Source: the human T2T-CHM13v2.0 reference genome, Homo sapiens. Taken from it: 64,000 bases of DNA. Under the pieces are notes generated by a model, which was given only the letters and a program-made list of their open reading frames with translations, was not told where the DNA came from and did no database searches. Positions 1 to 18,170 of this stretch are shown here, piece by piece; position 1 is the first letter of the stretch, and the number at the start of each line of letters is the position of its first letter. The position numbers and the translations under genes were made by a program. The DNA lies in the NCBI RefSeq assembly GCF_009914755.1, contig NC_060935.1. One strand, given 5' to 3'.

Positions 1-66
1 TGCATGTGGCTAAGAGTTTGAGACCAGACTGGGCAATATAGCAAGACTCCATCTCTGCAAAAAATG
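1..66 (+). mobile_element. Alu/FLAM fragment cut by window edge
   Basis: gagtttgagaccagactgggcaatatagcaagactccatctct followed by an A run. Confidence 0.75.
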
Positions 67-199
67 AAATAGAATACAGCAGAAGTGCTGTTATTATGCT
101 AGTTTCCAGCTACAGCTAAGGATTCAGGACCCTAGAGAGAACTCTTGCCCACTTTCCTGTAGGGCCTTTCATGGTAAATCCCATCATACCTGACATCCC

Positions 200-1560
200 T
201 GTTTACTTTAGGAAGCTCCAGAAGTCCAAGCCTTTTAGACCACCTATTAGATCACTGGTCCAATGGATCACTTGTCTCCAAACTCCTGATTATATCTTCT
301 AAGCTGACCCATTTCCCAGATCCCCCAAATGCTTTCACATCTCCTCTGGAGCTTCCAATCTATAACCAGTTAGCTCCGCAATATACTCATGTCTGTCCTC
401 TGAGGACACAGTCTCCTCCGTAGTCCTCTCATGTAGTTCAGGGGTGAGCCCCCCGACACCATGTTACATATTTAACAAGTGCCTGGGTGATTATGCTGCT
501 GTCAGGAATCACACCCTGAGAACCACCGCCCTTGATTCTGATCCTAATGCCTGCTTTACACATATCCTCAACTCTCTGGCTGGGAGGATCCCTTTCTATT
601 GTATTTACCTCACAAAGCCACAACCTGATTGAGTCCATTTATCCACGTTCTCTGCTCCCACATCTGAGTAGTTGAATGTTCTTGGAGAAAATCAAACTGA
701 GGTGACTGGATTTACTATAAATTCACAGCCTCAAACCACAGTGGACACTAAACATGCATTGGCAAACCTACACTTCACTTTGAAGTATTTCTCACTCTCC
801 AAATAATTCTTTTATTATTTCCCCTCTTTTTTTCAAACTTTCCACACCAGTCTCACTTTGCTTTGTGGTTAGATGACCTCATCCTTTACTCCTATAGAGA
901 AAATAGGCGCCATTGCAAAGGAACCTCTTCCTCTTCCCGCCACCAAATCCACAGGCTGACCAGCTCCTTCACCCAGATTCTCACAGGCTAAAATGCCGGA
1001 AGGGGGATTCTTTTGAAGGCACCCCCACCTCTGGTGCTCTGAGCCCCACCCTTATTGCCTTCTCAAGGACTCTGCCCTGCAATTATCTCCCCTTTCCTCT
1101 GCATCATCGCCATGTTGCCCAGGCTGGTCTCGAACTCCTGGGATCAAGTGATCAGCCTGCCTCAGCCTCCCAAAGTGCTAGGTTTTCAGGTGTGAACCAC
1201 CATCCCTGGCCCACATTTTTTTTTTTTTTGAGGATCTCACTCTGTTGCCCAGGCTGGTGGGCAGTGGCTCAACCATGGTTCACTGCAGCCTCGACCTCCT
1301 GGACTCAAGGAATTCTCCTGCCTCAGCCTCCTGAACAGCCATGTCTACTGCATCATCCTTACAAACCAACAGATTCTAGTGTCTCCTATCACTAAGAAAA
1401 CACAAAACAAAGAAATCTCCCTTGAAACTGCTCCAAAGGGAAATTTGAAATAGCTTTTAATTTGCCTTTCCCACTTCTTCACTTTCAATTCTTTCTTTAA
1501 CTTAGTCTGGCCTCAACACCCATCACTCCGTGAATCTGTCTTTGTCAAATTTACCAGTGG
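200..1560 (+). mobile_element. Degraded L2 body, interrupted by Alu fragments
   Basis: L2-type motifs ctggagaaaa...gactggatttactataaattc and gatgacctcatcctttactcctatagagaaaatagg. Confidence 0.55.
1108..1340 (-). mobile_element. Two truncated Alu(J) fragments
   Basis: catgttgcccaggctggtctcgaactcc...; then T run and ctcactctgttgcccaggctgg. Confidence 0.85.
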
Positions 1561-1775
1561 CTATATACAAATGGCCGATAAGCACATGAAAAGATGTTCA
1601 ACATCAGCAGTCATTAGGGAAATGCCAATCAAAGCCACAATGACATATTTTTTTCATATCTATGAGGATGGTTCAAATAAAAAAGGCAGACAATAACAAG
1701 CAATGGTGAGGATATACAGAAATTGGAACTCTTATACATGGCTGTTGGGGGTATAAAAAGGGTGCAGTGACATTG

Positions 1776-2077
1776 TTTTTTGTTTGTTTGTTTTGAGACG
1801 GAGTCTTGCTCTGTCACCCAGGCTGGAGTGCAGTGGCACTATCTCGGCTCACTGCAATCTCTGCCTCTGGGTTCAAGTGATTCTCTTGCCTCAGACTCCG
1901 AAGTAGCTGGGATTACAGGCGCACACCATCATGCCTGGCTAATTTTTGTATTTTTCGTAGAGATGAGGTTTCACCATGTTGGCCAGGCTTATCTTGAACT
2001 CCTGACCTCAGGCGATCCACCAGCCTCGGCCTCCCAAAGTGCAGGGATTACAGGTGGTATGAGCTCCAGCACCTGAC
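1776..2077 (-). mobile_element. AluS
   Basis: Full dimer, antisense. Confidence 0.92.
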
Positions 2078-2652
2078 TAAGTGCAGCTACTTTGGAAAAC
2101 AATTTGGCAGTTTCTTAAAATGTTAAACATAGACCTACCATATGACTTAGCAATTCAACTCTAGGTATATACCCAAGAGAAATGAAAACATATGTCCATA
2201 GATAAATTTGTATGCCAATGTTCATAGCAGAATTATTCATAATAGCCAAAAAGTGGAAACAACCCAAATTTCCAACAACTGATGCATGAGTAAATAAAAT
2301 TTGCAATATCCATACAATGAAATGTTAGTCATAAAAAGAATGAAATATTGATACATGCTACAACACGGATCCTTGAAAACATTCTACTCAGTGAAAAATG
2401 TCTGATACTAAAGGCCACATATTATATAATTCTTTTATATGAAATATCTAGAATAGGCAAATCTACAGAGGCAGAAAGTAGATTCGTGGCTGCCTGGAAC
2501 TGGGATTAAGGAGAGTTGTGAGGAGGAGAAAGGGGAATGACTGCTAATAAGTATGAGGTTTCTTTTTAGGGTGATGAAAATGTTGCAAAATTAGATTGGG
2601 ATAATGGTTGCACAGCTCTGTTATTATACTAAAAACTGCTGTTACTGTACAC

Positions 2653-3246
<594 letters not shown>

Positions 3247-3269
3247 TATTTTTAAAAGCAATTGAAAAA

Positions 3270-4511
<1,242 letters not shown>

Positions 4512-4544
4512 TGTATTCTCCTTTTATCGGTCAACTAATTTCGT

Positions 4545-4935
4545 AAATATCTACTGTGTATCCTCTGTGCCAGGCACTGTGCTAGGAGCTAGAAGTAAAA
4601 TGGTAAGCAAATAGACAAGATCTCCGTCCCGAGGAAGCATGTAACTTAGTGAGAGATATAGATAATCATCAAATAATCATACAAATGACAACATAGCCAC
4701 AAACTCTGATCAGTGCTTGCAAGAAAAGCTGTTAGAGAATATAATACCTCATATTTACTGAGTGTTTATGATGTTCTGGATGCAGAGCTGAGTTACAACC
4801 TGTCAAAGTAGGGACTCATGATGTACAAGTTTACTCGTGAGGAAAGTGAGCCTGAGTGTAGATAAGGAACTCAGAGTCACATAGCTAGATGGTGGCAGAG
4901 CTGGGGTTCCACTCATGCGTGTCTGACTCCGCACC
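4545..4935 (-). mobile_element. L2 3' end followed by MIR
   Basis: tgtgccaggcactgtgctagg; gtcacatagctagatggtggcagagctgggg. Confidence 0.6.
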
Positions 4936-5505
4936 CCTGTTAACACGGTCTTGTCTCGCTACAGTCTTTCATCATTTTCCCCCTGTCTTTAGGACTCCTC
5001 TCTTCTTAGTCTCCATCATCATAATCACTCTTTTTGCTCAATCCCTAAGTGCTGGTGCCTCCTTGGCTTCTGTTTCCAGCCTTCTCTGCCCTGGGTGTCC
5101 CAGCTGGGCTGGAGCTGAAATCTGTACAGTAGTCACAAAGAGGTAGGCAAATTTTGGAGAGCAGTCTGGCACTACGTATCTAAATGACAAGCCAGCAGTT
5201 CGGCTCCTGAGATCCCAAAGCAGTTTTTACTCCAGACCTGGAGGATCCCTGGACAAGGAGAATCACAATGGCATTACCTGTGAGGGGGGCGAGGCTGCAC
5301 AACCCGGGTGCCCATCACCAGGTGGGTGCATCCATCAGTATGTGTGGTGGCTGCAGTGTGGAGTACTCTGAGTCCATTGGAAGCAACAGATTAGATATGA
5401 ACATGAACAGAGCTTAGCAGAAAAGGTAAGAAACAACAGTAGAGCCATAACAAAATATTTATGTACATTTAAAATGCATGTACCTTAAGACAAAAATGCA
5501 TTCTA

Positions 5506-6460
<955 letters not shown>

Positions 6461-6633
6461 AAAACCAAAACCAGAACCAAAACAAAAGCAAATGTACACA
6501 CACAAAGTAAACCATATAGAATGGCTTCTTAGAGGAGACACAGGAACAGACATACAGTACAAATGGGTGCCCGTGTGTTCTACTTGCAGCAGCAGGTCTA
6601 GTTTATGAGCCCAGCATAATAAACATTAGAAAC

Positions 6634-6946
<313 letters not shown>

Positions 6947-7174
6947 TAAATTGCCTCCTTTTCTTCTAAAAAGTGCTCTTGTTGGTAGGGTAAATATATG
7001 GTCACTGTAAATATGAAAAGAAGAGGAATAAAGAAATGAGAGATCTTACACAGACCTCACATTCTCCAGAGGTGACATGAACTGGGGACTACACTTAACT
7101 CAACTGTCTGCACCTGAGATCCAAATCAAAATAAAACAAACCACCAGAACTAGAGTAAGCAAAGAAAACACCAG

Positions 7175-7245
7175 CTCAAAAAACAAAACAAAACAAAAAA
7201 ACAAAACAAAAAAACGCCAAAAAACAAAAAACAACAACAAAAAAT
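7175..7245. repeat. (CAAAA)n A-rich simple repeat
   Basis: aaaacaaaacaaaacaaaaaaacaaaac... Confidence 0.8.
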
Positions 7246-7955
7246 CCACCACCAAGATTTACACAATACTTAGGTCTTCAAGTATCTGTTTACATGAACT
7301 GACTCACTTGGGTCGAAGATGGTTGGTGTATGGGGACAGGGACTCTAAGTATCCCCATCTGGATTCCAGGCACAGAAAGGCACATCAGGTGCACTGGAAG
7401 GGGGGAGGGGGGAGAGTGGGGGTAGCTGGCAGAGGACAAATCATAAGAACTTTGGAGCCTCTGGGAGAAAACGCCCCACAAAGGAGACTGGCAAGATGAG
7501 GTACATCCAACAACAGTGTCTGGCAGTCAAAGGAGGGCAGGGATCTAGGTACTGCAAGGCAGATGGTTTGGAGGAACCCTCAGAACCCAGTGGATGGCAG
7601 GTTGCACGCTGGGCTCTGAGGGTGGAGCTGAAGATCCACCATTATGCTGTCAGTCACTATGACAGCCTCCTAGCCAGCAGGGAGGAAGCATTCCTCTTCT
7701 GAACCTCCCAGAAGGCAGCCACGTGGCACCACCTGCACTGCCTGCAGCTTCTGTTGCACCTGGGGCAGAGCTACGCTTGGCTGCTGACACCTATGAGAAG
7801 GCAGGCATGGTGGACCTTCCGCAAAGGTGGGATCAGTCATTAACAATGGATTCACGAATGTGGGTGAAGGCTTTTTAAGATGTCAGGAGCTCTTGGGGAA
7901 GCATCTTTGCAAGGATCTTTGGGTGGGGAATCAGAGCTAATAAAATTGATATTTG

Positions 7956-8268
<313 letters not shown>

Positions 8269-8438
8269 CTAACATTTGTTCTTATGAACTGGTGAGATGA
8301 AGGGACAGCCAGCTGACACTGTCACAGTAAAAGCAACCATCTCTCACTTATTCTCCTCAAGCTAAAACCCAGATGTTTTCATAGACTCTCTCTCTCCTTC
8401 ATCTTTCAAAATTAATTGGTTCTTAAGTCCTGTTCAAC

Positions 8439-8732
<294 letters not shown>

Positions 8733-8820
8733 CCTCAACTTTTTTGACATTTTTCTAATCTATAATTATTGTGTAGCTGTGGCTACTGTGCTTGTTCAAG
8801 CCCTGTCATTTCTCTCTTGA

Positions 8821-9657
<837 letters not shown>

Positions 9658-9764
9658 CTTGGATCACTGCAGTAGCCTCCTGAATAGTCTCCCTGTGTTA
9701 CTAAGCCACTTGGCCTTCCACATTACTTTCAGAGTGATCTTCCCAAAACATAACCTGAATATGC

Positions 9765-10069
<305 letters not shown>

Positions 10070-10709
10070 TGAATATGACTTTTTTATGTCTAGCTCCTTT
10101 CAATGACTTCCCATGCTTCCATGATAACATCAAAACTCTTTGGCATCTCCACAAATTCCTTCATGACTAACCACTATCCTATGCCCTTCTCTTACCTCTG
10201 TCCACATGAATAAATTCCAGTCTCACTGAACTGCCAGCAGTTCTTCAAAAGGGCCTGGCCACCTCTTCCCTTTTGGAGTTTGCTCAAACTGTTCCTCCTG
10301 CCTGGAATGCCTGGGCAGGACATGGCCCATAGCTGGTCTACGGGCTTGACAGCCTGACTCAGAGCCTGCAAGGGCAACTAACTTTTATTCCAGTTCTATA
10401 CACTGAGTTCAGGAGTGAGTATGACCAGGCTGTGTTGGAGAGTCAGGATCAGGTTTTCATTATGACCTAATGTATTGTGTGCAAACTGGAGCCTGCATAC
10501 TACTCTAAGATGATCATGCACTCGGTGACCCCAGGTGTGGGGGTCTTTGGCAATAATGTGGCGTGGGTCATGTGCTGAATGTTCCAGCCTTGTGTGTAGG
10601 TATGGATATGTGTATATGAGTGTAAATGCAAGCAGATTTATCAGAAGCTAAGTGTCAAGGCCCCTCATTTGCACAAATCCCTTCCAAGGCCCTTAAAAGA
10701 TGAATGTTT

Positions 10710-11337
<628 letters not shown>

Positions 11338-11729
11338 TAAAATGTGTAATTTGCTGACTTCGTTTTTCATTCTAAATAAATATTCACATTGTCCCTAATT
11401 GTATATTCATATTTGTATTATTCTTCTTGAAGAGGGCCCTTCATAAGCTTCATGCCCACAACACCTTGGAGAGATTCAGGCTTCCAGAAAACCTAATGTG
11501 ACCCTCATTTACTCCGAAGCTCTCACTTGCACTGTCCTGGGAAAGGGTGTTGGCTTCTCTGCCATGCGTCCCAAATCAACTGGCTTCCTTCCCAGTCTGT
11601 AAATAAGAAGCCTTGCTTGATTGACCCAAGTGGGGCCTGCACCTGATCTTTCTCTCAATCCTAAACTAATGTGGTCATATAGGACTTCAACATCTGAATT
11701 TGAGGGGCACACAATTCAGCATGTCACAT

Positions 11730-11870
11730 AAGTATCATCTCCATTTTATATGTGAGCAAACGGAGACCCAAAGGGGTTCAGTAACCTACCCCCCTACCCC
11801 CCCAGTCAGGTAGTTGGCTGAGGAACTCAGTCTTCTGATTCCAAGTCCTGGTGTTTTCTGCTACATTCCA
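11730..11870 (-). mobile_element. MIR
   Basis: ccattttatatgtgagcaaacggagaccca...tctgattccaagtcc. Confidence 0.55.
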
Positions 11871-12149
11871 GTCTCGAGGGTCACAGCCCTGTCCTCTGAT
11901 TCTTTCCAAGAGCTCTCTGTCCTCACTGTCATCTTCCTGCCATTTCGTTTCCTGCAAAGCAATATATCTCTAGATGCTATGTGAACCCTGGTAACCGTGT
12001 AACTGGAGGATACATATTGGAGGCCGCATAATTGGAGGGCATGGGGCTGGGAATTCCTAAGCCAGCCCTGGCAGCTGCAGTAGCAGGCAGGGGGGCGCTG
12101 AGCTGCAACAGAGAGGAGAGGTCAGGGGCGCACACCCTGCAGCCAAACC

Positions 12150-12360
12150 AGCCAGGTTCACATCTTGCTCACTCACCTCCCACTGTGTGGCCAAGGCCAA
12201 GTTACTCAGCCCCTAAGTGTTTCAGTTTTCCCATCTATAAAATGGAGATAATAACTGTACCCAGTCTGTTTATTATTTATTGAGATGATTAAATGAAGAA
12301 ATATGTGAACAGTGCCTGGCACTTAGATGTCCTGAATGAATGAGAGCAATAATAATAATA
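12150..12360 (+). mobile_element. MIR
   Basis: ttcagttttcccatctataaaatggagataataa...cagtgcctggcac. Confidence 0.7.
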
Positions 12361-12364
12361 ATTA

Positions 12365-12670
<306 letters not shown>

Positions 12671-13827
12671 TTATTATTAGCAATAATGATTATTGCTATC
12701 ATTCTCTCTAGGGATAGAGTTTCCTTAGTTCCACGTTTTCCCCATTGGGTTGAATTAAATCACTCTGAGGCAGTGGTCTTGGTTTCCTATTGAAAACTTA
12801 TAGCAGGGAAAGAAAGTCAAAGACAGACAGATGTCTGGACTACACCCAGATCTCAGGGAAAAAAGATACTTGCTTTCACCTTTGAACAACAAGGTTCAAG
12901 GAGACGCAAGGTCCTTGGGGTTTCGGGCTGGCAGGGCCTCCGAGGCCATCCTCCTGCCTCTGGGCAGCTGTTTTGGAGAGGCTCTGCTAGTAGGAGGCCC
13001 TAAAGAGCCAGGTGACGGCGGGTGGCTGCCAAGAAGCTTTACGGTGTGGCATGATAGCTCCTCTCTTTCAGGACCCACAAAGGTCAAAGTCAGTCCCCAC
13101 CTGCAGGGATAGAGAGATGTGTGCGGGGAGCATCTGGGTTTCCCAGCCTCCTGGGTCCCACTAACCGGGAGGCACGAACCTCGAACCCATCAAGCACAGG
13201 GTTTGACATAAACTCCAGTGCTGAGCCCCAAGGGGCTGCTCTGTACAGAGTCCGCAGTGAGCCAAAAATGGAGAGAAATACAACATCGTGCAGCTCATTC
13301 CTGGAGCTTGCCTGCCTCCACCTTCCCCATTCCCACAACCAATGGAGTAGCTTGGCTAACAATTAAATACAGTAGCAATTTAAAACTGCCCTGAGGTGGG
13401 AGCCCCCATGGGTTGAACAGGCTGCTGTTTACTCTGGCAAGGCTCAGCTCCTCAGCCTGCCCTGATGCTGGCACTGAAAACTCCCCCATAAAACACCCTG
13501 TTAAAGAAGCTCTAGGGCCCAGCGAGCCAGGCTTGTGACTGGGGCCTCTGTCCTCAGATCTTCTCCCCTGGTTCTGGAACCCAGCATACTCGGTGCTTGC
13601 TTTACCCCATGTCCCAGGGGCCCTGTAGATTTACAGGGGACCCCAGACCATCTGTAGGACCTCCAGACTTCCAGGTGGACAGATTTCAGAGCATTGACAG
13701 AGATCCTACCCAGGCACTCTGCAGAGGGAAGCCAGCTGTGGTGGAGGGGAAGGAACACTAGACTGGGGGCCAGAAGCCTCCAATTTCCATCCTGGGCCTT
13801 TCACTTACCAGCCATGACCACTGAAGT

Positions 13828-14003
13828 CAGTGGCTTCAATGTCTGGTCCCTGAGCAGCAGCATCTGCATCACTTGGGAACTTGCTGAAATGCCGGTTATC
13901 CACCCCTGACCTACTGAGTCAGAAACTCAAACTGGAGCCCTGCACACTGTGTTTTAACCAGCCCTTAGGGCGAATCTAGTGCACACTCAAGTTGCAGAGC
14001 ACC
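13828..14003. mobile_element. MER5A (hAT-Charlie) inside a MIR
   Basis: cagcagcatctgcatcacttgggaacttg...gacctactgagtcagaaactc...gtgttttaac...gcacactcaagtt. Confidence 0.75.
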
Positions 14004-14302
14004 CTGCGGTCATTTTCCTTGTCTGAGACTTACTTTCATTCATCTGGTAAATGGGAAGAAAAAGTCTGTTTGCAGGGTTGTTGCGTTAAATAGGGAGACA
14101 GCATGAAGTTCTTGGCACCACATCTTGTCACACAAGGGGCTCTGCAGTGTTGGCTGTAGTGGAGGGTTGAGGATCCAGGGTGCACCCGGCACCTCAGCCC
14201 TTACTCTCTTTCTGTGGAGGAGGGAGGCCTCTCATGTGGCTCAGGCTTTGAGGGATTCTAAAGCCAGACTCCATCTCAGCAAGGACCAGAGACACTGAGT
14301 AA

Positions 14303-14680
<378 letters not shown>

Positions 14681-15014
14681 TAGAAGACAGAAGGTGAGAG
14701 TGAGAAGACGAAGTTGTGACTGGTAAACCTAAAATGGCCATAGACAATTATTTAGTTGACTTTGGTGCCAATGGTCATCTACTTGTGGAAATCCCTGTGG
14801 CTGTGGACTTGTAACCAGGTAGAAAGGCTTCTTGTCCATGTTGCTGCTTCCAGACAGCACAGTATCTAACTCAGCCTGCCACAGCCTCCTCATCTTGCCT
14901 GCCCTTTTGTTGAAACACCCTTGTTCCTCATCTGCGCCATCAACAAGTGTTGATTAGGCACCTACTGTGTGCAGAGTGCCAGCAATAATAAAACACACTC
15001 ACTTCCCTCTAAAG

Positions 15015-15240
15015 CAGAGGGGTCCAATATTTGGCTTCCCTGATTACACTGGAAGAAGAAGAATTATCTTGGGCCACACCTAAAATACACTAACGCTAAT
15101 GATAGCTGACAAGCTAAAAACAAAAAAAATCCTCCCAAAATCTCATAATGTTTTAAGAAAGTTTACGAATTTGTGTCAGGCTGCGTTCAAAGCTGTCCTG
15201 GGCCACATGCGGCCCATAGGCTGTGGATCGGGCAAGCTTG
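15015..15240. mobile_element. MER30 (hAT-Charlie MITE), full length
   Basis: ggtccaat...tttggcttccctg...cttgggccacac...aaagtttacgaatttgtgt...catgcggccc; perfect 8-bp TSD ctctaaag (15007-15014 / 15241-15248). Confidence 0.88.
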
Positions 15241-15734
15241 CTCTAAAGTATTACAGGCTGGTAGCCCGGGAGGAAAAGTGTGTTCTGGCACCAAAGACAA
15301 CCCATGTCTCTCACCTGGAGATGCACTGGTAACTGAATGACTGTGGGGCATGGGCGTGGCCCTGGGGGATCTTTAGACTTTTGTGAGAAAGAGAGGAGGA
15401 GAGAGGTGGGTAGCCACATGCACATGGGTGGGCTGCAGACCCCCAAATCTCCTGGAAGACACGGACAAGACAGGTGACATGGCTGCTTATTTTATGCTTC
15501 AGCACCTGGCTCTCCCCAGTCATTAGGGGACAACTACATCCCACGGGCAATGGGAACCCAGAAACCTAGAACCCCAAGGCAGGCTTGGGCCTCAGATCTT
15601 CACCTCAAGCGTCCATCCTTCTGCCTCGGGGCAGGACTGCTCTCGAACAACCCCTAAGTCTGCTCTCTTCGCTAATGTTCTTCAGAACCTTCTCAGTTTG
15701 AGTGCTTCTAACTACATAAAAAACCATTAAAGTA

Positions 15735-16352
<618 letters not shown>

Positions 16353-16802
16353 TCAGTTAGCATATATTTTTGAGCACCTACTATGTGCCAGGCATTGTGC
16401 TGGGCACTATAGCTGAACTGAGTTCCTTCTGCTTCAGTATAAGCTAGCTATTTCTTATCCTTCTTATTAGGGAAAAAGATAAAAGTGGACTAATGAGTGA
16501 TTTCCTCCATTATTTAGGGAGTTGAGTCAAATAAGGTAACACGAAAAACCTGAAAAAATGGTTTTGGGTCCTTGATTCTTTCTGTCTGTTGCTCCCGTGC
16601 ATCTCTCCACCAGTTGGGAGAAAGATCAGCGTTATCTCTGAATGTATGGGAGAGCCAGGGGAAGGTCTTCAAGGGCTGGGACAAGCAAGTATCCTGCAGG
16701 GCCCACTCCTGGTGCCTGGAGGTATGTGAGATGTAACTTTATCCAAGTTTATCTAGATATCCCTCAACTAAGGGGTGTCCTCAGTCCCTTCCCTTCCCCC
16801 AT

Positions 16803-16805
<3 letters not shown>

Positions 16806-16842
<37 letters not shown>
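16806..16842. repeat. (CA)n microsatellite
   Basis: About 18 uninterrupted CA units. Confidence 0.95.
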
Positions 16843-16846
<4 letters not shown>

Positions 16847-17972
16847 TCTGTTCTGATATGGTCTAGGAGCTCCATCAAGGGCAATCTCGATTGGCCCAGA
16901 ATCATGGGTCCTTTGGTGCTGGGGACACGTCACAGGTTTGCCCTGCTATCTGCTGCTGGGGAAAGTTTTGCATTACCTTTCCTCTGACACTACCACTTAA
17001 GGGCTGCTGTTGGTCATCAAGAAACCCCAGGGGCTGCTGAATAACTAGGGGTAAAAATAAGGAAGTCAAGAGGGGACAAAATGGCAGATGTGTTTCTCTT
17101 AATGCCACAAAGACCTGCAGAACTGGGACTTGTTAAAGAAGACTCTGAGTGTGTCATTGTTATGGAAGCAGGCTGGCTTGGCCATGGACTGTCTTACAGG
17201 CTTTTGGAGTTGGCCTGGGAAGAGGGCATGGTGGGCCTTGGTTAGACTGCCATTTCCACACTTGCTGTCTGCTGAGGATGGCTCCTCTCTATGCTGGATG
17301 GACCCAGGAGGGGACAAATCAATGAACTTTCTGGTGATTGACAGTTCACCCCTCCCTAGGCTGCCTGGTTCCTAAATTAAGGGGACAAGATTGCTCAGGA
17401 TCCCACTGATGGGTTAAAAGTCTTCCTTCCCTTCCTGTAGAACAGTGATCAACTTCCCCCTAGGCTCTTAAAAATTATAAAATTCAAAGGGAGGCAGTGG
17501 AGATCCTGGCGGCCATGACTGTGCTGTAAGAAAGGCATTTAAGGGGAAAGGCTCAGTAAAGGGCTTTAATAAAGGAACCTCTCTCTGGAGAACGAAGCTC
17601 AGCTGATGAACTGAACAGAAGATGCTCTTGGCATTAGGCCTTTTGGAAATGTCTGTTGCTGTAAGCCCCAGATCCTGGATTCTATGGAAGCTTAGAAAAG
17701 ACAAAGAACTGTGGGTTGGTTGTATGTGGACACTCATTGCAATGCCTTTGCTTCTGTGCCTAGAGCGCTTGACTCCATTTATTTATTAAATAGCCATGTA
17801 TGAGGCACCTAATATATGGCACGTGCTAAACAGCTAGCCTGTTCCCTCAGGCTCTGATGTGTCAACTCTGTAAACTTTCTCCCAGGAGGAGGGACTTGGG
17901 AACTTGTGTCTAACTTCGTTCTCCCTGTCTGGCTCTCTGTATTTATGTTTCTCACTCTCCACATCTCACTAC

Positions 17973-18170
17973 AAAACTGGTGAGATCTGAATAAAGTCTG
18001 TGCTTGAGTAATGGCATTGTGCCAATGTTAATGTCCTGGTTTTGATAACTGTGTTATGGTTATGTAAGATGCCAACTTCAGGGCAAGCTGGGTGAACAGT
18101 ATGTGGGAATTCTCTGTACTATTTTTTCAATGTTTCTGTAAGTCTAAAATTAGTTCCAAATAAGTTAAAA
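17973..18170 (+). mobile_element. L1M (L1MC/MD-like) 3' terminal fragment
   Basis: atctgaataaagtctg...aatgttaatgtcctggttttgataactgt...gggaattctctgtactattttt...tgtaagtctaaaatta. Confidence 0.75.

Noticed and set aside
7496-7790. Coding-like stretch ELKIHHYAVSHYDSLLASREEAFLF
   Set aside because: Cannot be assigned to any protein; interrupted by a stop codon.
12076-12100. CTCF-like gcaggcaggggggcgctg
   Set aside because: An extra G disrupts the core spacing and the 5' CCA is missing; too weak to call.
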